This document shows, one piece after another, positions 39,624 to 50,190 of a DNA stretch of 64,000 nucleotides. The notes under the pieces are model-generated. The model had not been told where the DNA came from and did not search any database. It saw only the letters and a list, made by a program, of their open reading frames with translations. Source of the DNA: Polaromonas sp. (GTDB lineage: Bacteria > Pseudomonadota > Gammaproteobacteria > Burkholderiales > Burkholderiaceae_C); NCBI GenBank assembly GCA_026400075.1, contig JAPLPS010000038.1, positions 2,459-66,458 on the forward strand. The letters are read 5' to 3'. A program made the translations under genes and the position numbers. Positions within the stretch are counted from its first letter, which is position 1. Each line of letters opens with the position of its first letter.

Positions 39624-40547
39624 TCACCACGCCGGTGCCTTGGCCGCCTCCAGCGCCCGCTGGTCGGCAAAGCGGGCGGCCAAAAAGTCCAGAAACACCC
39701 TGACCTTGGACGACAAATGGTGGCGCTGCGGGTAAATCGCATAGATGTCAGAAGGCGCGCCTTCCCAGGGCGCCAGCACCCGCCGCAGCTGGCCCGCCCG
39801 CAAATAAGGCGCCACGTCCCACTCGGAGCGCAACAAAATGCCGTGCCCGTCCAGCGCCCATTCGACCGCGATTTCGCCAAAATTGGTGCTCAGTCCGCCA
39901 GAGACCTTCACCATCTCCTGGCGCGGCCCGTCAAACAACTGCCAGTTGTTGAACACCTCGCTGCGCTGACGGATCACGATGCACTCGTGTACGTGCAGGT
40001 CACGCGGCGTCACCGGCTCGGCCCGGCCCGCCAGATAGGCCGGGGCCGCGCACAAAAAACGCCGATTCGGCACCAGCTTGCGCGCCAGAATGCGCCGCTC
40101 GGGCGGCGCCCCAAAATGAATGCCGATATCGAGCGCGCTGGCCGTCAAGTCCAGCGTTTTATCCGTCAGCTGGAGCACGATTTCGACGCCCGGATACAGG
40201 CGCCGGAACTCAGAAATGGCCGGTGCCAGATGGCGCTTGCCAAAGCCAAAAGTCGCCCCGATGCGCAGCAGCCCGTGGGGCAGCGCGGCGCCAGCCGTTA
40301 AAGAGCGCTCCAGCGCCTCAATGTCGCGCAGGATGCGCTCGCCGTCTTCCAGATAACGCTCGCCTTCAGGCGTCAGGCTGACGCGCCGCGTGGTTCGGTT
40401 CAACAGACGCACGCCCAACCGACGCTCCAGCTGGGCCAGCCTGCGGCTCACCGCCGGGGGCGTGACGCCCAGCTCCAGCGAGGCCGCCACCAAGCTGGGC
40501 TGGCGTGCCAGCACGGCAAAGAAATTCAAATCGGGCGTATTTTTCAT
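39624..40547 (-). CDS. LysR-family regulator (CrgA/DmlR-like)
   Basis: HTH PPAVSRRLAQLE, RTTRRVSLTPEG, KVRVFLDFL. Confidence 0.92.
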   Translation of the reverse strand: MKNTPDLNFFAVLARQPSLVAASLELGVTPPAVSRRLAQLERRLGVRLLNRTTRRVSLTPEGERYLEDGERILRDIEALERSLTAGAALPHGLLRIGATFGFGKRHLAPAISEFRRLYPGVEIVLQLTDKTLDLTASALDIGIHFGAPPERRILARKLVPNRRFLCAAPAYLAGRAEPVTPRDLHVHECIVIRQRSEVFNNWQLFDGPRQEMVKVSGGLSTNFGEIAVEWALDGHGILLRSEWDVAPYLRAGQLRRVLAPWEGAPSDIYAIYPQRHHLSSKVRVFLDFLAARFADQRALEAAKAPAW

Positions 40548-40646
40548 TGATGCAAATTATTGTCGAATGAATTGCTTTTGGCCCCATTGATGCTTTCAAT
40601 TGATCGCAATAGCATGGTGGCTCCACCGCCAACCACCCCACTTGCC

Positions 40647-41423
40647 ATGCCGCTTCTCGCCCTCCCCGATCTTTTGATGATGCTCAGTCTGGGCGCCGCG
40701 CTGGGCTTTTTCGGCGGCCTGTTTGGCATTGGTGGCGGCATCATCGCCATCCCGCTGCTGATTCTGGGCTTTGGCATGGATCCGGCGGTGGCGCAAGGCA
40801 CCGCCTTGGTGACGATGGTGCCCAATTTGCTGATCGCCTGGTTTCGCTACAGCCAACGGCATCCGGTGGCGCCCAAAATCGCTTTTCAAATCGGCGCGCT
40901 GGCTTGCGTGACGACCTGGCTGGTGGCCCACCTGGCCACGCGCCTGGCGCCCGCCCTGATGCAGGTCGTGTTCAGCGTCTTTTTGCTCGCCGTGTCGCTG
41001 CGCATGCTGATCCAAAAGCCCGCCAGTGAATCGGCTGCGCCGACAAAATCGCGCGACCTGCGGCTCATGCCGCTGGTGGGCATTCTGGGCGGCGGCAGCA
41101 TGGGCCTGCTGGGCATAGGCGGCGGGCTGCTGGCGACACCGATTTTTAACGGCTGGTTTGGTCAGCGCCAGACTGTCGCCCAGAGCCTGTCGCTGGCCCT
41201 GGTCGCGCCCAGCGCCATCATTGCGTTGATCGCCTACAGCGGCGCGCACAAAGTGGACTGGCATTTTGGGCTGCCACTGGCCATCGGCGGGCTGGCGACG
41301 GTTTCAGCCGGGGTCGCTGCCGCCCACCGCCTGCCCGAAAAACGCATGAAAACCGCCTTTGCCTGGATGATTTTCTGCACCGCCGTCTGGATGCTGGCCA
41401 AGCCCTTTGTGCTGGCGCGCTAA
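40647..41423 (+). CDS. TauE/SafE-family sulfite exporter
   Basis: GLFGIGGG and GLLGIGGG repeats, multi-TM; divergent from LysR; start uncertain. Confidence 0.85.
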   Translation: MPLLALPDLLMMLSLGAALGFFGGLFGIGGGIIAIPLLILGFGMDPAVAQGTALVTMVPNLLIAWFRYSQRHPVAPKIAFQIGALACVTTWLVAHLATRLAPALMQVVFSVFLLAVSLRMLIQKPASESAAPTKSRDLRLMPLVGILGGGSMGLLGIGGGLLATPIFNGWFGQRQTVAQSLSLALVAPSAIIALIAYSGAHKVDWHFGLPLAIGGLATVSAGVAAAHRLPEKRMKTAFAWMIFCTAVWMLAKPFVLAR

Positions 41424-42505
41424 TGCTGGGAAACAGCTCTCCACGCCTCCATCCCTATCGTCTTTCCCTGCCGGTCTGTGACGCTGGACAAGGCCTTGAA
41501 GGCCAGCGACTGAATCTTGATAGGAAGACGCACAAAGCTCATACCCTCGACCACCTGATCGCCCTTGAGCAAGGCCCAGACAAAAAAGCGCAAGGCCTGG
41601 GCGGTCTCGGCCGACTTGTCGCTGACCTGCGGCACCAGGATAAAAGAGCCCATCGTGATCGGCCAGGACTCCTTGCCCGGCAAATTGGCCAGCGACGCAT
41701 GAAAATCGCCGTCGGAAAACCAGGCACTGGCGCGCAGCGCGGCGCGAAAACCGTCCACGCCCGGCGCGACAAACTCACCAGCCGCATTGCGCAGCTGCAC
41801 CGGATTGAGGCTGTGGCTGGTGATGTAATTGAAGTCGATATAGCCAATGGCGCCAGCGGTTTCCTTGACAGCCTTGGCCTGGCTCTCGCTGCCTTTGACG
41901 CCCGTAAAACCAGTCGGCCAGGCAATCGTGGTCTTCACGCCTATGCGCTCCTTCCAGGCGGGACTGATTTTTGACAGGTAGTCGCTGAAGTAATGGTTGG
42001 TGCCGGAGCCGTCGCTGCGCACCACGGGCTTGATCAGCAAATCGGGCAGGTTCAGGCCGCTGTTGAGGCTCTGGATTTCCGGGGCGTTCCAGCGCGTGAT
42101 CTGGCCCAGAAAGATGGCGGCCAGAACCTCCCCGCTCAGGTGCAGCTTGCCGTGGCCCATTTTTGGCAGATTCACCACCGGCACGGCGCCGGTGACAAAA
42201 GTGGGCACCAGCACCAGGCCATCCTGGATCAATTCCTGCTCCGGGGGCGCCACGTCTGAAGCGCCAAAGCCGACCTCCCTGGCCCGGATTTTCTTCAGGC
42301 CAGTGGTCGAGCCGACCGGGTCGTAGTTCAGCTGGAAAGGGAAAGCCTGCGTGCGGCCATAAACCGTCGCCCACGCCCGGTAAACCGGCGCGGCAGCCGA
42401 TGATCCGGCCCCGGACAGCGTCTGGGCGCCGCCCGAAACAGGCAGCCCCTGCGCCAGCAAGGCAACAGAAATCGTCAAAATCAGACGGGATAAGTGAGAA
42501 GACAA
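41420..42505 (-). CDS. pstS: Phosphate-binding protein PstS (orphan)
   Basis: GAGSS, FGASD, RSDGSGT, WPIT; probable TTG start at 42505 after AAGGAA. Confidence 0.85.
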   Translation of the reverse strand: MSSHLSRLILTISVALLAQGLPVSGGAQTLSGAGSSAAAPVYRAWATVYGRTQAFPFQLNYDPVGSTTGLKKIRAREVGFGASDVAPPEQELIQDGLVLVPTFVTGAVPVVNLPKMGHGKLHLSGEVLAAIFLGQITRWNAPEIQSLNSGLNLPDLLIKPVVRSDGSGTNHYFSDYLSKISPAWKERIGVKTTIAWPTGFTGVKGSESQAKAVKETAGAIGYIDFNYITSHSLNPVQLRNAAGEFVAPGVDGFRAALRASAWFSDGDFHASLANLPGKESWPITMGSFILVPQVSDKSAETAQALRFFVWALLKGDQVVEGMSFVRLPIKIQSLAFKALSSVTDRQGKTIGMEAWRAVSQH

Positions 42506-42662
42506 AAGAAGTTCCTTGGACAAAGATGGTGGGCGGAAAAGCAGTTTTTCGACCATGCGCTTAAAAAGGCAGCATTTTGACAGCAACGTGCGTCAATCAG
42601 TTTTCAGCATCAATGGCAGAAGAAGCATATTTTTCAAATGCCTTGATGTCCGCGCATCCCCC

Positions 42663-42702
42663 AAAAAAAAGCCCCGCCAGTCCTGCGACTGCGGGGCTTT
42701 TT
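42663..42702 (-). terminator. Intrinsic terminator downstream of the yceI genes (bidirectional)
   Basis: A8-GCCCCGC...GCGGGGC-T5 hairpin. Confidence 0.85.
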
Positions 42703-42737
42703 CCCATGACGGCACCAGACCGTCACGAGACGCCGGT

Positions 42738-43313
42738 TTATTGCTTGACAGCCTCAACCTGAATCACCAGGCGCACGTCTTTCGGGAAGCCCCAGGCGAT
42801 GCCGTAGTTCATGCCAAACGCCGTGCGGTCAATCGTCGCTTCAAAGTCGCCGCCGCACACTTCGCGCTTGAGCATCGGGCTTTGGTAGCAGTTGAACTGA
42901 TTGGCCTTGAGCGTGACTGGCTGGGTTTTGCCCAGCAGCGTCAGGTTGCCGGTCACTTCAGAAACCTTGTCGCCGTTAAAAACGAACTTGTCCGAAACGA
43001 ACTTGATCGTCGGAAACTTGGCGGCGTCAAACAGGTCGGCGCTTTGCAGGTGCTTGTCGAAAGCAGCGGTGCCGCTGTTGATCGACGTGGTGTCGATGGT
43101 GATGTCAACCTTGCCGGTCTTGGCGGCGCGGTCGAGTTGAACGGTGCCTTCTTTCTTGTCGAAACGGCCCCGGTTCACGCTGGCGCCGAAGTGGCTGATT
43201 TCAAACGTCGCAAAGGTGTGCGATGGGTCAACCGCGTAAGTGGCGGTTTCGGCATGGGCCGCGCCAGCAGCCAGGGCGGCCACAGCGGCCAGGGTCAGAA
43301 TGGATTTACGCAT
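42738..43313 (-). CDS. YceI-family polyisoprenoid-binding protein
   Basis: Signal peptide; YAVDPSHT, DKHLQSADLFD, IDRTAFG. Confidence 0.9.
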   Translation of the reverse strand: MRKSILTLAAVAALAAGAAHAETATYAVDPSHTFATFEISHFGASVNRGRFDKKEGTVQLDRAAKTGKVDITIDTTSINSGTAAFDKHLQSADLFDAAKFPTIKFVSDKFVFNGDKVSEVTGNLTLLGKTQPVTLKANQFNCYQSPMLKREVCGGDFEATIDRTAFGMNYGIAWGFPKDVRLVIQVEAVKQ

Positions 43314-43346
43314 GAGAAGGACTCCAGGAAAGGTTGAAGAAAAAAT

Positions 43347-43925
43347 TTACAGTTTGCCCACGCCGGTCAGCGCGAGCTTGAATTTGACCTGCACGTCGTC
43401 GGCCACCATCGAGGTGTCGGCCCACTCGTTTTCGCCAATTTTGAACGCCAGGCGCTTGAGCGCAAAGGCGCCGCTGGCGGTGGTCACGGTGCCGGCCTGC
43501 GTCAAGGTCACGGGCACGGTGACATCGCGCACATTGCCTTTGATGCTGAGTTTGCCGACCACTTCAAACTTGCCGGGGCCAGTTTTTTTGACCGCGCTGG
43601 ATTGAAACGTGGCTTGCGGGAATTTCACCGCGCTGAACCAGTCGGGCTTGGGCAGCTCGGCGTCGGACTCGGGCGCGCCGACGGTGGCGCTGCCGGTGTC
43701 TATTGAAAAAGCGATGTTGCTGGTTTCGGGCTTGGCCGGGTCAAAAGCGACTTTGGCGTCAAACTTTTTGAAACGGCCATCGACGGTCACGCCCATTTGT
43801 TTGCTGGCAAAAGCGATTTCGCTTTGCGCGGGCAGCAGTTTTTGTTCGGCCTGGGCCGACAGCGACAGCAACGCGGCGGCCATTGCCAGGCTGGCGGCGC
43901 GCAGGGAGAAAGAAAAAGCGGTCAT
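43347..43925 (-). CDS. YceI-family protein
   Basis: Signal peptide; SKQMGV, DWFSAVKFPQATF, LKRLAFKIGE. Confidence 0.88.
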   Translation of the reverse strand: MTAFSFSLRAASLAMAAALLSLSAQAEQKLLPAQSEIAFASKQMGVTVDGRFKKFDAKVAFDPAKPETSNIAFSIDTGSATVGAPESDAELPKPDWFSAVKFPQATFQSSAVKKTGPGKFEVVGKLSIKGNVRDVTVPVTLTQAGTVTTASGAFALKRLAFKIGENEWADTSMVADDVQVKFKLALTGVGKL

Positions 43926-43970
43926 AAAAATTCCTTGCGAAAGAAAAAGAAACTACGGGGCCAGCAACGC

Positions 43971-44540
43971 TCAACGGCTGCCCGGCAGCATGCGCAGCAC
44001 CAGGCCGTCGCGGTCGAGCAACTGGTGTTTCAGCGCGGCGGCCACATGCAGCGCGGCCAGACCGGCCAGCGCAAAAGCCGACAGCTCGTGCCAGGGTTTG
44101 ATCAGCGCGGCCAGCGCCTTGTCAGCGCCGACAAAGTCGGGCAGCGGCAGCACGCCAAACAGCACAATCGAAAAACCAGCCGCCGAGCTGTAAGCCCAGC
44201 CAATCAGCGGCACGGCAAAAAACAGCGCGTACAGCAGGCCGTGCGTGGCGTGATGGGCGGCGACCTGCCAGCCAGGCATCGCGGCCTCGACAGCATGCGG
44301 CAAAGCAGGCGGGCGATGCGTCAGGCGCCAGAGCAGCCGCAGCGCCGACAGCGCCAGAATCACCACGCCAGCCCATTTGTGCCAGTTGTAGAGTTTCAAA
44401 CGCAGCGGCGAAAACGGCAGATCGGCCATGTACAGGCCGACGCCAAAAATGGCGGCCAGCGCCAGCGCGAGCACCCAGTGCAGCGCAATGGCAACGCCGG
44501 AGTAGCGGGGCGAAGCAGCGGAGAAAGTGGCAGAAGTCAT
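43971..44540 (-). CDS. Cytochrome b561 (YceJ-like)
   Basis: ALHW, WHKWAG, LHVAAALKHQ heme-ligand His motifs. Confidence 0.9.
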   Translation of the reverse strand: MTSATFSAASPRYSGVAIALHWVLALALAAIFGVGLYMADLPFSPLRLKLYNWHKWAGVVILALSALRLLWRLTHRPPALPHAVEAAMPGWQVAAHHATHGLLYALFFAVPLIGWAYSSAAGFSIVLFGVLPLPDFVGADKALAALIKPWHELSAFALAGLAALHVAAALKHQLLDRDGLVLRMLPGSR

Positions 44541-44670
44541 GATGCGGTCAACTTTTAAAAAATTTCCGTCTCGGGTGGCGAAAGTTCTACAAAGTATAAA
44601 AACCGCTCATGCGTCTGAAATTCAAATAAGTTGACGGAATCATTCAAATAATTTGAATGAATGCTGCCTC

Positions 44671-45612
44671 CTACAGCGCGCTGGCGCCAGTCGCCGTGGC
44701 CCCGAAACGCTCATTCAACTCGCCCAGCCCGAGTTCGGCCAGCACCTGCTGGAGACGCTCCTGCGCGGCGCGGGTTTTGGCGGCGCTGGGCGTGGCCGGG
44801 CGACTGGCGAGGATCAGCTCGTTTTTCATCGAATGCTCCCAGCCGACCAGTTCGGTGACGGTGACCTGGTAGCCGTGCGCTTCCAGTTGCAGGCAGCGCA
44901 GCACGTTGGTGATCTGGCTGCCGAATTCGCGCGCGTGCAGCGGGTGGCGCCAGAGTTCGGCCAGCGGGGTTTTGGCCAGATTCAGCGCGCGGGATTTTTT
45001 CAGCAAGCCCGCAACTTCCGCCTGACAGCACGGCACCAGCACCATGTGCCGCGCCTGCTTGGCCAAGCCGAAGGCAATCGCGTCGTCGGTGGCGGTGTCG
45101 CAGGCGTGCAGCGCGGTGACGATATCGACCGTCGGCGGCAGTTCGGCGGAAGTGGTCGCCTGCTGCACCGACAGGTTTAAAAACGCCATGCTGGCAAAGC
45201 CAAGCCGGGCCGCCAGCTCGCGGGATTTTTCGACCAGCTCGGCGCGGGTTTCAATGCCGTAAATCTGGCCGCTGACTTTTTCACCGGCATGCGCGACGTT
45301 GAAAAACAGGTCGTACAAAATAAAACCGAGATAGGACTTGCCCGCGCCGTGGTCGGCCAGCGTGAAGCCATTTTTGCTGGCCGACACCTCGTCCAGCAGC
45401 GGCGCGATGAACTGGTAAAGGTGATAAACCTGCTTGAGCTTGCGCCGCGTGTCCTGGTTCAGCTTGCCCTCGCGGGTCAGGATGTGCAGTTCCTTGAGCA
45501 GTGCTATGGACTGGCCGGGGCGCAGTTCTTCGATGACTTGCGCGGGTTTGGCGGCGATGGCGGCAGCCTTGCGGGAAGGCTTGCCGACGGAATTAGAGCT
45601 GGTTTTTTGCAT
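44671..45612 (-). CDS. Class I SAM-dependent methyltransferase (Methyltransf_32-like)
   Basis: DHGAGKSYLGF, ALHACDTATDDA, VPCCQ, EHSMKN. Confidence 0.85.
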   Translation of the reverse strand: MQKTSSNSVGKPSRKAAAIAAKPAQVIEELRPGQSIALLKELHILTREGKLNQDTRRKLKQVYHLYQFIAPLLDEVSASKNGFTLADHGAGKSYLGFILYDLFFNVAHAGEKVSGQIYGIETRAELVEKSRELAARLGFASMAFLNLSVQQATTSAELPPTVDIVTALHACDTATDDAIAFGLAKQARHMVLVPCCQAEVAGLLKKSRALNLAKTPLAELWRHPLHAREFGSQITNVLRCLQLEAHGYQVTVTELVGWEHSMKNELILASRPATPSAAKTRAAQERLQQVLAELGLGELNERFGATATGASAL

Positions 45613-45710
45613 GGCCTGCAGTTTAGTGCGGCCAGGTATGCCCTTGAAAAAATGCACGCTGGCGCAGGCAGCCCCTTGAAGTGCGCCCCCCGGTGGAAGG
45701 ACAATGGCGC

Positions 45711-46775
45711 ATGACTGAACACAACAAAGCCGCGCCGCTGCGCGACACCCTGCACGCCTACGAACACCTGACGCCCGACGTGGTGCTGGACGCGCTGGCC
45801 AGCGTCGGCTTGACCGGCGATGGCCGGATGATGGCGCTGTCGAGCTACGAAAACCGCGTTTATCAGGCGCATCTCGAAAGCCCGGTCGGCAGCGGCGATC
45901 TGGCGGGCGAGACGGTGGTGGTCAAGTTCTACCGCCCGGATCGCTGGAGCGAGGCGCAAATCCTCGAAGAGCACGCCTTTTCCGCCGAGTTGATGGCCGC
46001 TGAAATCCCGGTGGTGGGCGCGCTGGCGCTGAACGGCAGCACGCTGAACGGCAGCACGCTGAACCACTTCAACGGCTTCAGTTTCAGCGTCTCGCCGAGC
46101 CGGGGCGGGCGTCGGCCCGAGCTGGAAAACCTCGACGTGCTCGAATGGATTGGCCGCTTTCTGGCGCGCATTCACACCGTCGGCGCGGCCCGGCCTTTTG
46201 TCCACCGGCCCGCGCTCAATTTGCAGACGTTTGGCTACAACTCGCGCCAGATTTTGCTCGACGGCGGTTATTTGCCGCTGGACATGGAGTCGCGCTGGCT
46301 GAAGGCGTTTGACGAGGCGATGCATGTCGCCCAGGGCGTGTTTGAGCGCGTCGGCGCCGTGCGCCAGCTGCGCCTGCACGGCGACTGCCACCCAGGCAAC
46401 ATCCTGTGGACTCCCGAAGGCTTGCCGCTGGCTGGGCCGCATTTTGTCGATCTGGACGATGCGCGCAGCGGCCCGGCGGTGCAGGATTTGTGGATGCTGC
46501 TGTCGGGCGAGCGCGCCCAGCAGTTGCAGCAACTCGGCGCGCTGGTCGATGGCTACGACGAGTTCGGCGAGTTCGACCGGCGCGAGCTGGCGCTGATTGA
46601 GCCGCTGCGCACGCTGCGGCTGGTGCATTACAGCGCCTGGCTGGCCCAGCGCTGGCACGACCCGATTTTTCCGATCAATTTTCCGTGGTTCGGCTCCAGC
46701 GATTACTGGAAAGGCCAGGTCGATATGCTGATCGAGCAGACCGAGGCGATGCAGGCCGCGCCGCTGCTGGCCTGA
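45711..46775 (+). CDS. srkA: Stress response Ser/Thr kinase SrkA (RdoA/YihE)
   Basis: SYENRVY, KFYRP, RLHGDCHPGN, DLDD, QDLWMLL, FPWF. Confidence 0.93.
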   Translation: MTEHNKAAPLRDTLHAYEHLTPDVVLDALASVGLTGDGRMMALSSYENRVYQAHLESPVGSGDLAGETVVVKFYRPDRWSEAQILEEHAFSAELMAAEIPVVGALALNGSTLNGSTLNHFNGFSFSVSPSRGGRRPELENLDVLEWIGRFLARIHTVGAARPFVHRPALNLQTFGYNSRQILLDGGYLPLDMESRWLKAFDEAMHVAQGVFERVGAVRQLRLHGDCHPGNILWTPEGLPLAGPHFVDLDDARSGPAVQDLWMLLSGERAQQLQQLGALVDGYDEFGEFDRRELALIEPLRTLRLVHYSAWLAQRWHDPIFPINFPWFGSSDYWKGQVDMLIEQTEAMQAAPLLA

Positions 46776-47018
46776 GCGCTGGGTATTCCAGCGCCCGGCC
46801 TTGGGTGCGCAAGCGGCTGACCCGGCGCATTGTTTGAAGCGGCATGCACGCTGTGCCATTCATGAACGCTGTGGCAAAACGGCGCAATCCCAAAAGCCTC
46901 CGCGCAGGCCGCTCATCATGGTCAGCACGGAAAATAACCCGCACGCTCTCCGGCATCCGGTGGTGCAGATATTGCTGCTCCAGACAACAAAACCGTATGG
47001 ATAAAAACAGGAGACACC

Positions 47019-49541
47019 GTGCTGCATTCCCCTTTTCACCGCAAGCTGCTGGCCTGGCCGCACTCTTCGCTGCTGCTGGCGCTGGCCGCCGCTTTCAGCC
47101 CGCCAGCCCAGGCGCAGCAGGAAAAAGCACTCGCCACCGTCGATGTCGTCGGCAGCACGCCGCTGCCCGGCATAGGCCAGCCGCGCAACGAAATCGCCGC
47201 GCCGGTGCAAAGCGCCACCAGCGCCGACCTGACGCGCAGCGGCGCGCTGGAGCTGGGCGAGTTCATGAACCGGCGCCTGGGCAGCGTGCATGTCAACGAA
47301 ATGCAGGGCAATCCTTTTCAGATGGACGTGAGCTACCGGGGCTACACCGCTTCGCCGCTGCTGGGCACGCCGCAAGGCCTGTCGGTGTACATGGACGGCG
47401 TGCGCATGAACCAGCCGTTTGGCGATGTGGTCAGCTGGGACTTGATTCCGCGCGGCGCGATTGCGGCTATGACCTTGATGCCCGGCTCGAATCCGCTGTT
47501 TGGCCTGAACACGCTGGGCGGCGCGCTCTCGGTGCAAACCAAGGACGGCCGCAGCGCGCCCGGCACCGCACTGGAAACCACGCTGGGCAGCAACGCCAGA
47601 CGCGCCGTCGAATTTGAGCATGGCAGCTTCAACGACAAGGGGCTGGACTGGTACGTCAACGCCAACCTGTTCAAGGAGCGCGGCTGGCGCGACGATTCGC
47701 CCTCCGATGTGCGCCAGCTGTTTGGCAAGCTCGGCTGGCACGACGGCCGCACCGAGCTGAAACTGACGCTGGCCCACGCCGACAACCAGCTCAGCGGCAA
47801 CGGCCTGCAGGAGCAGAGCTTACTGGCGGCAAACCGCGCCAGCGTCTATACAAAACCCGACATCACGCGAAACCGCTCCACGCTGCTGAATCTGACGGCC
47901 AGCCATTCTCTGAATGACGAGCTGCTGTTCAGCGGCAACGCGTATTACCGCAACATTCGCAGTTCAAGCTTCAACGGTGACATCAACGAAGGATCGCTGG
48001 ATCAGTCGGTGTACCAGCCGACGGCGGCCGATCAGAGCGCGCTGGCGGCGGCGGGCTACAGCGGCTATCCGGCCAGCGGCGCCAGCGCGGCGAGCACGCC
48101 CTTCCCGTTCTGGCCCTGCCTGGCGCAGACCCTGCAAAACGGCACGCCCGCCCAACAGTGCAACGGCCTGATCAACCGCACCCGCACTGCGCAGCAAAAC
48201 TACGGCCTGTCCGGCCAGCTGACCTGGCTGGGCGACCTGGCGGGCAAGCGCAACCAGTTTGTAGCGGGCGCGGGCATTGACGCCAGCCGGGTGCGTTTTA
48301 CGCAGTCTTCGCAATTGGGCTACCTGAACCCCGACCGCAGCATCACCGGCGTGAATGCCTTTGGCGACGGCGTCAGCGGCGGCACGGTCGATGGCGACCC
48401 GTATGACACGCAGGTCAACCTGGCAGGCCGCATCCGCACCAGAAGCCTGTTTGCCAGCGACACGCTGTCGCTGCAGGAAAACCTGCACCTGACGCTGTCG
48501 GGGCGCTACAACCTCACCTCGGTCAAAAACCGCGACCAGCTTCACGCCAACGGCGATCCGGCCTCGCTCAGCGGCACGCACCGCTTTGAGCGCTTCAACC
48601 CGGCCGTCGGCCTGAGCTACAGCCCGTCAAAAACCCTCAATGCCTACGCGGGCTACAGCGAAAGCAGTCGCGCCCCGACCGCCATCGAACTGGGCTGCGC
48701 GAACCCCGATCAACCCTGCAAGCTGCCCAACGCGATGGCGGGCGACCCGCCGCTGAAACAAGTGGTCACGCGCACGCTGGAAGCCGGGCTGCGTGGTGCG
48801 GTGGCGGGCGGCGTACAGTGGAACGCCGGGGTGTTTCGCGCCGTCAACCGCGACGATATTTTGTTCGTGGCCGACAACCAGGCCGGTTATGGCTATTTCA
48901 AAAACTTCGGCCAGACGCGGCGCCAGGGGCTGGAACTCGGCCTGAGCGGCCAGGTCGGCAAGTTCAACCTGGGCGCGCAATACACCTGGCTGGACGCGAC
49001 GTACCAGAGCTTTGACACCGTCAACGGCAGCGGTAACAGCAGTAACAGTTCAGCCAGCGCGGGCGCGCCGGGACAGGACGGCACGATCAACATCCGGCCC
49101 GGCGACCGCATTCCGCTGATTCCGCGCCAGATGCTCAAGCTGTTTGCCGATTACGCGGTATCGCCCGCCGTCACGCTGAACGCCAGCATGGTGGCGATGT
49201 CGGGCACGCTGGCACGCGGCAACGAGAACGGCGCGCACCAGCCCGATGGCCGGTATTACTTGGGGCCGGGCCGCAGCGCCGGTTATGCGGTGTTCAATCT
49301 GGGCGGCAGCTACCGCGCCACGCCCAAGCTGCAACTGACGGCGCACCTCGACAACCTGTTTGACACCCAGTACAACACCGCCGCCCAACTCGGTGCCACC
49401 GGGTTTGATGCCAGCGGCAACTTTGCCGCCCGCTCGCTGGGCGGCTCAAACGCTACGGGTTTTGCGGTGCCGCAATCGACTTTTTATGCGCCCGGCGCGC
49501 CTAGGCGCTTGTGGATCGGGCTGCGCTACGTATTTTCCTGA
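47019..49541 (+). CDS. TonB-dependent outer membrane receptor
   Basis: Signal peptide, plug motif YMDGVRMN...[20 protein letters not shown]-terminal GLRYVF; AGGAG SD. Confidence 0.92.
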   Translation: MLHSPFHRKLLAWPHSSLLLALAAAFSPPAQAQQEKALATVDVVGSTPLPGIGQPRNEIAAPVQSATSADLTRSGALELGEFMNRRLGSVHVNEMQGNPFQMDVSYRGYTASPLLGTPQGLSVYMDGVRMNQPFGDVVSWDLIPRGAIAAMTLMPGSNPLFGLNTLGGALSVQTKDGRSAPGTALETTLGSNARRAVEFEHGSFNDKGLDWYVNANLFKERGWRDDSPSDVRQLFGKLGWHDGRTELKLTLAHADNQLSGNGLQEQSLLAANRASVYTKPDITRNRSTLLNLTASHSLNDELLFSGNAYYRNIRSSSFNGDINEGSLDQSVYQPTAADQSALAAAGYSGYPASGASAASTPFPFWPCLAQTLQNGTPAQQCNGLINRTRTAQQNYGLSGQLTWLGDLAGKRNQFVAGAGIDASRVRFTQSSQLGYLNPDRSITGVNAFGDGVSGGTVDGDPYDTQVNLAGRIRTRSLFASDTLSLQENLHLTLSGRYNLTSVKNRDQLHANGDPASLSGTHRFERFNPAVGLSYSPSKTLNAYAGYSESSRAPTAIELGCANPDQPCKLPNAMAGDPPLKQVVTRTLEAGLRGAVAGGVQWNAGVFRAVNRDDILFVADNQAGYGYFKNFGQTRRQGLELGLSGQVGKFNLGAQYTWLDATYQSFDTVNGSGNSSNSSASAGAPGQDGTINIRPGDRIPLIPRQMLKLFADYAVSPAVTLNASMVAMSGTLARGNENGAHQPDGRYYLGPGRSAGYAVFNLGGSYRATPKLQLTAHLDNLFDTQYNTAAQLGATGFDASGNFAARSLGGSNATGFAVPQSTFYAPGAPRRLWIGLRYVFS

Positions 49542-49563
49542 GCGCCCGGCCAGCGCCGCCCGC

Positions 49564-50190
49564 TCACCAGCTGCGCACCCGGCCGGTGTCGATATGCACA
49601 AACTGCTCGCGCGGGTAAAAGCCCACGCCTCCGGCGCGCAATGACAGCGCCGCCTTGCGCAGTTCGGCCAGCGGCACGCCGGGCAGGCGCACGTCAATCG
49701 CCCGGCCTTCGGTGTGCAGGCTTTTGTCAGCGACGCCGCCGCCGCGTGTCTGGCGCAGATGGCGGTTAGTGGCCTCGCAGCGATAGCCGGAGATCACCTC
49801 GAAAGAACCCTTGGTGCCGAGCGCCTGCTGCACGCGGTGCAGCAGATCAAACACCTCCGGATCCATCAGGCCGACCTCGCCGGTGTAGTGGTCGCGCAGG
49901 AAATGGTTGAACCCGCCCAGCGCCTGGGGAAGGTAGCGCTGGCCGGTGGCATAGACCAGATCAATTTTTTCGCGGGTGTGGGTGTTAAACATGGCCAGCC
50001 CGCGCGCATCGATCATTGACGGCGAGGCGCTGGACGACTCCAGCGCCGCCGTCATGGCGGCCGAATGCCCCGACGCCGAAAAAACGGACGAAACAGCCAG
50101 CCCTGGCAGGGCCGTGCTGGCAGCAGCGATGGCAAACTGCCCCGTGTGGCGCAAAAAACTGCGGCGCGCCGGGATGAAGGAATCAGTCAT
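49564..50190 (-). CDS. mepK: DUF882/YcbK peptidase M15 (MepK-like) with Tat signal
   Basis: RRSFL Tat motif; ISGYR, SLHTEGRAID, FVHIDTG. Confidence 0.85.
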   Translation of the reverse strand: MTDSFIPARRSFLRHTGQFAIAAASTALPGLAVSSVFSASGHSAAMTAALESSSASPSMIDARGLAMFNTHTREKIDLVYATGQRYLPQALGGFNHFLRDHYTGEVGLMDPEVFDLLHRVQQALGTKGSFEVISGYRCEATNRHLRQTRGGGVADKSLHTEGRAIDVRLPGVPLAELRKAALSLRAGGVGFYPREQFVHIDTGRVRSW

